Assembly (NCBI GenBank): GCA_046081665.1 | Contig: JBJTWJ010000013.1 | Span: 1 to 32,884, forward strand | Length of the DNA stretch: 32,884 bases | Direction of reading: 5' to 3' | DNA from: Alphaproteobacteria bacterium | GTDB taxonomy: Bacteria; Pseudomonadota; Alphaproteobacteria; Rickettsiales; UBA1997 | Shown: positions 26,007 through 32,884 of the stretch, in pieces | Position numbering within the stretch: the first letter of the stretch is position 1 | Layout: every line of letters starts with the position of its first letter | The notes under the pieces: model-generated | What the model was told of the DNA's origin: nothing | Database searches by the model: none | What the model saw: only the letters and a program-made list of their open reading frames with translations | Translations under genes and position numbers: made by a program

Positions 26007-27038
26007 ATGAATAAAATTATTAATGTATTAAAACATAAAATTACTCAAAAAAATCCACCAATTTGGATTATGCGTCAAGCTGGAAGATATTTACCAGAAT
26101 ATCTAGAAACCCGTATGAAAATAGCTAATTTTTTGGATTTATGTTACAATCCGCAATTAGCTTGCGAGGTTACTCTTCAGCCAATTCGTAGATTCGATTT
26201 TGATAGTGCAATAATATTTTCAGATATTTTGGTTATCCCTGATGCTTTAGGAGTTAAAGTTGATTTTGTTAAAAATCATGGCCCTATTTTAAGTGAATTT
26301 AATTTAATAAAGGATTTATCAAAACTAAATCTTAACAATATTAAAAATCATTTAAAACCGGTTTTTGAGGCAATTAATTTAACAAGATCAAATCTTGCTC
26401 AAGATAAATCTCTGATTGGTTTTGCAGGTGCACCTTGGACATTAGCATGTTATATGATTGAAGGAAAAGGTTCAAAAAATTTTGAAAAGATTCGGCAAAT
26501 ATCATTACAACAACCTGAGTTTTTTGAACAGTTAATTTTAATTCTTGAGCAGGCTATTGTTGAATTCTTATCCTTACAAATTCAAGCAGGTGTTGATATT
26601 GTAAAAATTTTTGATTCTTGGGCAGGAATTCTTCCAGCTTGTGAATTGCAAAAATGGGTTATTAAACCAGCTTGGAGAATTGTTGAAAATTTACGTCAAA
26701 AATATCCTCACATTCCAATTATTTATTTTCCAAAAAATATTGGTTTTAATTATCAAGAATTTTATAAAAAAGTTCAACCAGATTGCTTAGCTCTTGATCA
26801 AAATGTTGATATTGTCTGGGCAAGAGAAGTTTTGCAAAACGATAATCAAGCAATAATTCAAGGTAATCTTGATAACTTTATTTTAGCTTTTGGAACAAAA
26901 GAGCAAATTAAACTTGAGGTCAATAAAATTCTAAGTAATTTTAATCAAAAACCTTTTATTTTTAATCTTGGGCATGGAATTTTACCGCAAACTCCTATTG
27001 AAAATGTTGAGTTATTATTAAAAATTATAAGAAACTAA
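26007..27038 (+). CDS. hemE: Uroporphyrinogen decarboxylase
   Basis: 343 aa. The N-terminal signature PPIWIMRQAGRYLPEY is present, and later FDSAIIFSDILVIPDALG. The length is typical for HemE. Confidence 0.9.
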   Translation: MNKIINVLKHKITQKNPPIWIMRQAGRYLPEYLETRMKIANFLDLCYNPQLACEVTLQPIRRFDFDSAIIFSDILVIPDALGVKVDFVKNHGPILSEFNLIKDLSKLNLNNIKNHLKPVFEAINLTRSNLAQDKSLIGFAGAPWTLACYMIEGKGSKNFEKIRQISLQQPEFFEQLILILEQAIVEFLSLQIQAGVDIVKIFDSWAGILPACELQKWVIKPAWRIVENLRQKYPHIPIIYFPKNIGFNYQEFYKKVQPDCLALDQNVDIVWAREVLQNDNQAIIQGNLDNFILAFGTKEQIKLEVNKILSNFNQKPFIFNLGHGILPQTPIENVELLLKIIRN

Positions 27039-27044
27039 TTATAA

Positions 27045-27992
27045 ATGTTTAAAATAAATAAAGTTAAAGCATTCTCATTAATTGAATTATCAATTGTGAT
27101 ACTCATCATTGGCATATTAGTTGCTGGGGTTACGCAAAGCTCTAGGTTGATTAATCAGGTACGTTTAACTTCTGCTCGCTCATTGACCTTTGGCTCTCCT
27201 GTTTATACTATAAAGGATCTTTACTCCTGGCAAGATGCAGTTTCTGAAAAAAGCTTTATTGATAGCGAAGCCAGTAACAACACAGCAATAAGTACTTGGT
27301 ATGATATTAATCCAACAGCTCTATCCGATCGTATAAATTTTGTGCAAACCGATAATGCTCGTAAACCAATCTTCATTTCAAATGCAATTAATGGTCTTCC
27401 GGGATTGTATTTTAATGGTGCTTATTTTTTAAGAAGCGAAAGAAATGTTTTACCATTTTTTGGAATGGGATCAGCTACAATTTTTATGGTTTTTATTGCT
27501 GATAATGTGGCTGGTCAGAAATTTATGTTAATGCATCCAATTGCTAACTGTGCAAAAAATGCTGAAATTGGAATTGGTGTTGCTAATATAGTTAGCGGTA
27601 ATTTTGGAGTTCACGCTGGATGTGGAATTGGAACTATCACTAATGGTAATGTTATTTCGGTATCGCAACCTACTATAGTTTCAATGGCATTTTTGAGTAG
27701 TCCTTTGACAGCTGGAACCACTGCAAATATAAAAATTTTTAAGAATGGTGGAACTGAATTACCTTTAGTTGGTTCTGGTGGAAGTTATACCCAAAGCATG
27801 GGTGGGGTATATGGCAATGCCATATCACCATTGTTAATTGGTTTAAGAGATGACAATAACAATGGCGGATATAATTCAGGTTTTGTCGGTGATATTGGCG
27901 AAATTATAATTTATTCTCGAACCTTAAACACCGAAGAACGCCAAGCTGTTGAAAAATATCTTAGTAAAAAATGGGGAATCGCCATTCAATAA
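27045..27992 (+). CDS. Pilin-leader + LamG-like paralog E
   Basis: 315 aa. N-terminus MFKINKVKA|FSLIELSIVILIIGILVAGVTQSSRLINQVR. C-terminus GDIGEIIIYSRTLNTEERQAVEKYLSKKWGIAIQ. It starts 6 nt after the hemE stop. Confidence 0.75.
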   Translation: MFKINKVKAFSLIELSIVILIIGILVAGVTQSSRLINQVRLTSARSLTFGSPVYTIKDLYSWQDAVSEKSFIDSEASNNTAISTWYDINPTALSDRINFVQTDNARKPIFISNAINGLPGLYFNGAYFLRSERNVLPFFGMGSATIFMVFIADNVAGQKFMLMHPIANCAKNAEIGIGVANIVSGNFGVHAGCGIGTITNGNVISVSQPTIVSMAFLSSPLTAGTTANIKIFKNGGTELPLVGSGGSYTQSMGGVYGNAISPLLIGLRDDNNNGGYNSGFVGDIGEIIIYSRTLNTEERQAVEKYLSKKWGIAIQ

Positions 27993-28028
27993 ATTATAAT
28001 TATGAAAAATATTTATTTCTCATAAAAA

Positions 28029-28895
28029 ATGTTAGAAACTAACAAAAGTAATAAATTTTCATTAAAAGCATTCTCATTAATTGAATTATCAATCGTGATA
28101 CTCATCATTGGCATATTAGTTGCTGGGGTTACACAAAGTTCTAGGTTGATTAATCAAATGCGTTTAGTTTCTGCTCGCTCAATGACTTTTAGTTCTCCAG
28201 TTCCAGCAACACCAAACTTAATTGCTTGGTATGAGTCTGTTTCAGATAAAAGTTTTGAAGAATCGCAAATGAGCGATCAAGCGTTATTGTCAAGTTGGTA
28301 TGATATCAACCCAACGACTACTGACAAAAAAAATTCATTTCAAAGCACTGATCTCAATAAGCCACAATACTCAATTGATTCGTCATCAGGTTTACCAGTT
28401 GTAAAATTTGTTGACCAAGATTTTTTTATAATGCCCGACGGCACTATTCCTTTTGGTAACACCCCTTATACGATTATTTTTGTTTCCAAAACAAATGCCT
28501 TTTGTGTTTGTGGAGTTTTGGGTTCGGGAATTTATCAAAATAATCAATCTAATGCTTTTCGCTACGATCCAACAGCAGGGCTTTTTTATAATTATTGGTT
28601 TTTGGTTGATTTAGCTTTAAGCAATGCTTCATTAAGAGATAAAATGCAAATCTTTACTTTTACTTACAATTTATCTCTTCGCGAAGGTTTTGTTGATGGT
28701 GTTTTTAAGGGAAGCGTTGCTTCGAGTAATCGAGCTAGCTCAAGCACTAACAATCGAATCGGATATTCCTTTGCTTCTGAATATATGAATGGGATTATTG
28801 CAGAGATTATAATTTTTGATCGTGCACTGAAAACCGATGAACGAAAAGCTATTGAATCTTACCTTGGCAAAAAATGGCGAATATTTGTTCAATAA
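28029..28895 (+). CDS. Pilin-leader + LamG-like paralog F
   Basis: 288 aa. N-terminus MLETNKSNKFSLKA|FSLIELSIVILIIGILVAGVTQSSRLINQMR. C-terminus GIIAEIIIFDRALKTDERKAIESYLGKKWRIFVQ. Confidence 0.75.
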   Translation: MLETNKSNKFSLKAFSLIELSIVILIIGILVAGVTQSSRLINQMRLVSARSMTFSSPVPATPNLIAWYESVSDKSFEESQMSDQALLSSWYDINPTTTDKKNSFQSTDLNKPQYSIDSSSGLPVVKFVDQDFFIMPDGTIPFGNTPYTIIFVSKTNAFCVCGVLGSGIYQNNQSNAFRYDPTAGLFYNYWFLVDLALSNASLRDKMQIFTFTYNLSLREGFVDGVFKGSVASSNRASSSTNNRIGYSFASEYMNGIIAEIIIFDRALKTDERKAIESYLGKKWRIFVQ

Positions 28896-28974
28896 ATAAG
28901 AGCGTAATTTTTTTGTTGAGTGCTGAAGGTAGGGAAGTTTTTTTCTCGTGCTTAACATTAACGATCACGTTCCT

Positions 28975-29083
28975 TACCCTGTATGGATATACAGCTTTAT
29001 TTTTTAAAGATTTTTAGCCAAAAAGATGAAGCTTAATTTATTAATACCCAATTGTATCATTTATTAAGTGGAAATGGTATTAC
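28975..29083. repeat. MITE-like palindromic repeat family, copy 4 (one arm)
   Basis: CCTGTATGGATATACAGC…AGATTTTTAGCCAAAAAGATGAAGCTTAATTTATTAATACCCAATTGTATCATTTATTAAGTGGAAATGGTATTAC. This is nearly identical to the arm at 1600-1685 and 7215-7275. Confidence 0.75.
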
Positions 29084-29141
29084 TTCCTATTTAGATAATT
29101 TTTTCTTGAATAAAATTTTTGGGTATTTAACTTTAAAAAAT

Positions 29142-29612
29142 ATGAAAATTAAAAAAAATAACAACAATAAATTATCAAAAAATTTTACTAAGAAATCAGT
29201 AAAATCAACTATCAAAAGCAAGAAACGTAAATCATCTAATTCGTCTTCAGATGAATTAAATATTAAATATTTCGTTAACTGGCTGGTTAAGGTATTTTAT
29301 GGTGTTTTATGTGATAATGGCAAAAGCGTTATAAAGCCTTTGATGTGGCTGTTTTTTGTAAATTTTGTTTTTTATCAAATTTATTGGATGGTTTTTTTGT
29401 TGAAAAAAAATTGTAGTTTACTGTTTGTTTTTCTAAAAACTCTTAATCCCTTCTTTTTGCCTAATGAGATGCTGTGCATCTTTGATCACATTCAGCGCAA
29501 TCAATCTTTTTTAAGAATAAATTCCTTACAATTTCTTTTAAATATTTTGCTAATTTTTCTGTTAATCAATTCATTATTCAATAAATTTTTTGCTAAGAGA
29601 TATTCCAAATAG
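29142..29612 (+). CDS. Hypothetical membrane protein (Lys/Ser-rich N-terminus, hydrophobic C-terminal half)
   Basis: The first 30 codons of the track ORF 29052-29612 lie inside repeat copy 4. I therefore prefer the internal ATG at 29142 (MKIKKNNNNKL…). Hydrophobic segments include PLMWLFFVNFVFYQIYWMVFLL and FLLNILLIFLLINSLF. I recognise no family and it could be a decayed remnant. Confidence 0.35.
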   Translation: MKIKKNNNNKLSKNFTKKSVKSTIKSKKRKSSNSSSDELNIKYFVNWLVKVFYGVLCDNGKSVIKPLMWLFFVNFVFYQIYWMVFLLKKNCSLLFVFLKTLNPFFLPNEMLCIFDHIQRNQSFLRINSLQFLLNILLIFLLINSLFNKFFAKRYSK

Positions 29613-29648
29613 ATAGTTTGTCAATTTTATAGAATCTAGTTTTTCGTT

Positions 29649-29704
29649 ATAATACCATTTCCCATATTTAAGTTATAATTTTAAAGATATTGAAATGTTA
29701 TAAG
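29649..29704. repeat. Possible miniature or degenerate copy of the MITE-like family (termini only)
   Basis: ATAATACCATTTCCCATATTTAAG … GATATTGAAATGTTATAAG. Both ends resemble the family termini (ATACCATTTCCAC / TTGAAATGGTAT) in inverted orientation. Confidence 0.35.
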
Positions 29705-29934
29705 ATCTGCTCTTAGCCCTCTTAACATGGTTTCAGCTTTAATTTTAGAGATTATATAAATAGTCATTTATTAAATTTAATTATTTAAAAATAGTTGTTG
29801 CATATTAAATTAATGCTAGTAAAATAAAATAAAAATATTTAAAGTTAATTTAATCTAAATAAAAAATGTTTAGGTTTAACTAAAAATTTATTAAGTTTTA
29901 ATTTTACCATAATCAACACCCAAAAAACCCAAAT

Positions 29935-31452
29935 ATGGTTGCACACACACAAACCTTCTCCTTCGCTGGTATTGATGCCATTGCGGTTGCTGTTCAAGTT
30001 AAAATATCTTCGGGAAATCCAACTTTTACTATTGTTGGCTTGCCCGACAAATCTGTTGGTGAGTCCAAGGAAAGAGTTCGTGCTGCTATTACTTCAACTG
30101 GTCTGGCTTGGCCATTTCAAAAAATTACTGTTAATCTTGCTCCTGCTGATTTACAAAAAGAAGGCGGGCATTTTGATTTGGCTATAGCGCTTGGCATTAT
30201 GATTGAAATAGGTATTTTACCTCAGGAATTATTGCGTGATTATTTTGCAATTGGTGAGCTAGGTTTAGATGGGAGCATTAATAGTGTTAACGGTGTTATT
30301 TCCTCGGCAATTTCTGCTAATCAACGCAATTGTGGTTTAATTTGTCCACAAGAAAATGGCAAAGAAGCAGTATGGTCTGGCAATTCTAAAATAATCGCTA
30401 CAACAAGTTTGATTCAATTAATAAATCATCTTAAAGGCGAGCAAGCCATCGCTCGCCCAGATCTTGTTGCTATTGAGCAAGATAATTTCGCTAATTACCC
30501 AGATTTAAATGATGTTAAAGGTCAAAATATTGCGAAGAGAGCGTTAGAGATTGCAGGTGCAGGAGGTCACAATCTTTTAATGGTTGGACCACCTGGAACT
30601 GGAAAATCAATGCTTGCATCACGTTTAATTGGAATTTTGCCACCACTTGAATTAATGGAGATACTTGAAATTAACATGATCGCAAGTATGAGCGACAAGA
30701 TTGTTGATGGCAAGCTTCTTACCAAGAGGCCTTATCGCGAAGTTCATCATTCTTGTTCAATGCCAGCAATGGTTGGAGGCGGGGTTCGTGCCAAACCCGG
30801 CGAAGTCTCGTTGGCTCACCGCGGAGTTTTATTTCTCGACGAACTTGCTGAATTTCCAAGGCAGGTTTTAGATTCGCTTCGCCAACCTCTTGAAAATGGA
30901 ATTATCAATATTTCTCGCGTTAATTCTCACATAACTTATCCAGCAAATTTTCAATTAATCTGTGCCATGAACTCATGTCGATGTGGCTATCTTGGCGATG
31001 CAAAGCGCGAATGCAAAAGAGCCCCAACATGCGGACAAGAATATAAAAGCAGAATTTCCGGACCGCTTCTTGATCGTATTGATATTGTAATTAATGTTTT
31101 GCAGGTTGATTTTTTTGGCGATAGTAATCAAAACCTTGAATCATCCAAGGATGTTAGGCAAAGGGTTATTGATGCTCGTAAAATTCAAAATCAGAGATAT
31201 AAACAATTTAAGGATGCTGAATTTTTTGGCAAAACAAATTCTGAAGTTGAGTTTAAGGTTATTGAGCAATTTTGTGTTTTTGAAGGAGATGGTCAAAAAA
31301 TTTTAGAAAATTATGTTAAGAAATCGAAATTGTCTAATCGCTCAATCTCAAGAATTTTAAGAGTTGCAAGAACAATAGCCGATCTTGAGAGCAGGTCTAA
31401 GATCAGTGCGGATAACCTTTATGAGGCGATTTCGCTTCGCCGAGACGTTTAA
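29935..31452 (+). CDS. comM: YifB/ComM family Mg-chelatase-like AAA+ ATPase
   Basis: 505 aa with an N-terminal Lon-protease-like domain (…FTIVGLPDKSVGESKERVRAAI…). Walker A is MVGPPGTGKSM and Walker B is GVLFLDELAEF. A Cys cluster (CRCGYLGDAKRECKRAPTCG) and a C-terminal ChlI-type helical domain are present. Confidence 0.9.
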   Translation: MVAHTQTFSFAGIDAIAVAVQVKISSGNPTFTIVGLPDKSVGESKERVRAAITSTGLAWPFQKITVNLAPADLQKEGGHFDLAIALGIMIEIGILPQELLRDYFAIGELGLDGSINSVNGVISSAISANQRNCGLICPQENGKEAVWSGNSKIIATTSLIQLINHLKGEQAIARPDLVAIEQDNFANYPDLNDVKGQNIAKRALEIAGAGGHNLLMVGPPGTGKSMLASRLIGILPPLELMEILEINMIASMSDKIVDGKLLTKRPYREVHHSCSMPAMVGGGVRAKPGEVSLAHRGVLFLDELAEFPRQVLDSLRQPLENGIINISRVNSHITYPANFQLICAMNSCRCGYLGDAKRECKRAPTCGQEYKSRISGPLLDRIDIVINVLQVDFFGDSNQNLESSKDVRQRVIDARKIQNQRYKQFKDAEFFGKTNSEVEFKVIEQFCVFEGDGQKILENYVKKSKLSNRSISRILRVARTIADLESRSKISADNLYEAISLRRDV

Positions 31453-31542
31453 CTGTTTGAAAATAGAGGTTTGGAGATGAATTTTAAATTTTTTGGTTAG
31501 CTCTGGTCTAAATTTATGTCGAGAGTTTTTAACTTAAAAAAT

Positions 31543-31568
31543 ATATTGTTAACGTAGGTTAACAATAT
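31543..31568. promoter_or_regulatory. Perfect 11-bp-arm palindrome (operator or weak terminator)
   Basis: ATATTGTTAAC-GTAG-GTTAACAATAT. It is followed by TTTATT, lies 91 nt after the comM stop, and ends 24 nt before the ATG at 31592. It shares the TTGTTAAC core with the bolA-hemE spacer. Confidence 0.5.
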
Positions 31569-31591
31569 TTTATTAACTTAAATATTAAAAT

Positions 31592-31762
31592 ATGAAAAAA
31601 ATATTATCACTATTATTGATTACATCTTTGTTTTCAGGTTTTTCTGTAGCTGGAAATGCCAAGGATTCGGAGGGTAAAAAATCACGCAAGAAAACTGAAA
31701 AAACTGTCAAAACTGACAAAAACTCTAAAGAATCTTCTGAATCTTCAGAGCAATCGCGATAG
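31592..31762 (+). CDS. Small secreted/exported Lys/Ser/Glu-rich protein (hypothetical)
   Basis: Not in the ORF track because it is too short. It encodes MKKILSLLLITSLFSGFSVAGNAKDSEGKKSRKKTEKTVKTDKNSKESSESSEQSR (56 aa). A clear Sec-type signal peptide (…SGFSVA|GN) is followed by a charged low-complexity tail. Confidence 0.45.
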   Translation: MKKILSLLLITSLFSGFSVAGNAKDSEGKKSRKKTEKTVKTDKNSKESSESSEQSR

Positions 31763-32804
31763 TTAAAAAGTTTGCAATCTTTAATGTTTGATCAAGCTAT
31801 TAAATTTGATTGATATTGAAATTATAAAACCGTCAAATCTAATTTTAATCGCTCATTGGTGACATGAGAATAAAGGATTGGCAGATAAAATATGACAAAG
31901 GTTTTGATAAGTTTTGTAAATTTTATTTTGTGAAAAGCGTAATTAATCGCCAAGGCTACATTGTTGATTTAGAATCAATAAAATTGTAAATTTAAAATTT
32001 ATAGTTTAGAAATTTCTTGTTAATAATGTTAAATTATTGGGTTGGATTATTTATTTTTTTGAATCACCAATTCAAAAATGGCTTAGGGCAAAATTATGAT
32101 TTGCATTGCTAAGATTAGAAGAGTTAAAGCTTTAAAACCAAGTTTTATCATCACAATTTTGGCTATCTGATGATATTATTTGAATTTTTTTAGATAAAAA
32201 ATTCAGGTTAAATTGGATAGTTTTAAGCAAGCCAAAATACCTAATTTATTTGATCAATCCTCAATCCTAACTAACAACTTAGGTTGTTTGTTTGTTAGTT
32301 GGTTGATTAGAGTTAAGATTTATTTTGAGATGAATATTAAAATAATTATTTTTGAGATTTTTAATTATTGAAAATATTCTAATACAAAAAAATAACCTAA
32401 ATCAATTATCATGGATTTGTTTTAATGTTTCTAGATCCATAGATAAAAGAAAATAGCGTCTCATCGCGATGCTATTGCAAATACCAATACTAGTTTGAGA
32501 TTTTTATGTAGCGGTATTTGTATAGGTTATGGCTTTGTAGTTATAATAATCAAGTCTTTTAGGTGAACTTGATTAGATATAGCCAAAATAAGAAAAGTTA
32601 ATAAATGCCCTAGCCTTTCTTGATTATTTTTTAGAATAAATAAAAAATAAAAGAATTAGATAATTTATAAAATAATTTCTTTTTTGGTTTGGGCTTTTTA
32701 ATAATTAAATTGAGTTTAAGAAAGAGCAAAAGAAATTATGTTAAAGTAAAAAGTTAGCCTAGTTCAATAATTGCTTTGCTAATCTTCATTAGAGTTGCAA
32801 GGTT

Positions 32805-32830
32805 TAGCATTGCCCAATCGGGCAATGCTA
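32805..32830. other. Perfect 11-bp stem hairpin next to a repeat copy
   Basis: TAGCATTGCCC-AATC-GGGCAATGCTA. No T-run follows on either strand, so it is not a classical terminator. Confidence 0.5.
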
Positions 32831-32849
32831 TCCTAAATTTTACCAGTTG

Positions 32850-32884
32850 CTACCGTTAGCACAACCAAAATAACATCCCGTCGT
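32850..32884. repeat. Start of another MITE-family copy (internal CGTTAGCAC subrepeat), truncated by the window end
   Basis: TACCGTTAGCACAACCAAAATAACATCCCGTCGT aligns with ACCGTTAGCACGACTAAAAAAACTTTATCCCTTCGT at 1547-1582. Confidence 0.55.

Noticed and set aside
29052-29141. The first 30 codons of track ORF 29052-29612
   Set aside because: This segment (MYHLLSGNGITSY…) is the translated terminus of repeat copy 4 (…TCATTTATTAAGTGGAAATGGTATTAC). I preferred the internal start at 29142, and even then the gene call is weak.
27045-31452. Pilin-like pair E/F plus comM as a natural-competence module
   Set aside because: ComM/YifB is widely conserved irrespective of competence. A repeat and a hypothetical gene separate it from E/F. 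No comEA, comEC, dprA or pilus assembly genes are present.

Overview
The window is visibly AT-rich and compact. The gene content looks like an alphaproteobacterial intracellular symbiont (Rickettsiales/Holosporales-like). This placement is an inference from an NDUFAF7/MidA-type methyltransferase, a DUF2628-hisH pair, bolA, a long AT-rich spacer next to hemE, and a giant ankyrin-repeat protein. Most genes are housekeeping: folC (partial), yihY-like, corA, bamA, pstS-like, uvrA, ispA, bioB, hisH, rplT, rpmI, tRNA-Met(CAT), grpE, clpP, clpX, bolA, hemE and comM/yifB. Four things stand out.

(1) There is a six-member paralog family at two loci (16550-20336 and 27045-28895). Each ~300 aa protein joins an invariant type IV pilin/pseudopilin N-terminus (FSLIELSIVILIIGILVAGVTQSSRL) to a divergent core and a conserved LamG/concanavalin-like C-terminal strand. 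No pilus or T2SS assembly genes are in the window. Neighbouring copies share near-identical 5' nucleotide blocks. One copy carries a 15-bp tandem repeat that multiplies the putative prepilin cleavage motif. This is my best candidate for an undescribed surface or adhesin system.

(2) A MITE-like palindromic repeat family has termini of the form TATACCATTTCCACTTA...TAAGTGGAAATGGTATTA. It has at least 4 clear and 3 degenerate or partial copies, all intergenic.

(3) The 258-bp AT-rich bolA-hemE spacer has CtrA-box and DnaA-box-like motifs and sits at a local change in gene orientation. It is a candidate chromosomal origin.

(4) There are signs of genome erosion. These include an orphan hisH, an orphan pstS bracketed by repeats, a ~1.1 kb gene-free tail, and low-complexity insertions in BamA and UvrA.

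All protein calls rest on motif recognition by eye. No database search, HMM or skew calculation was possible.
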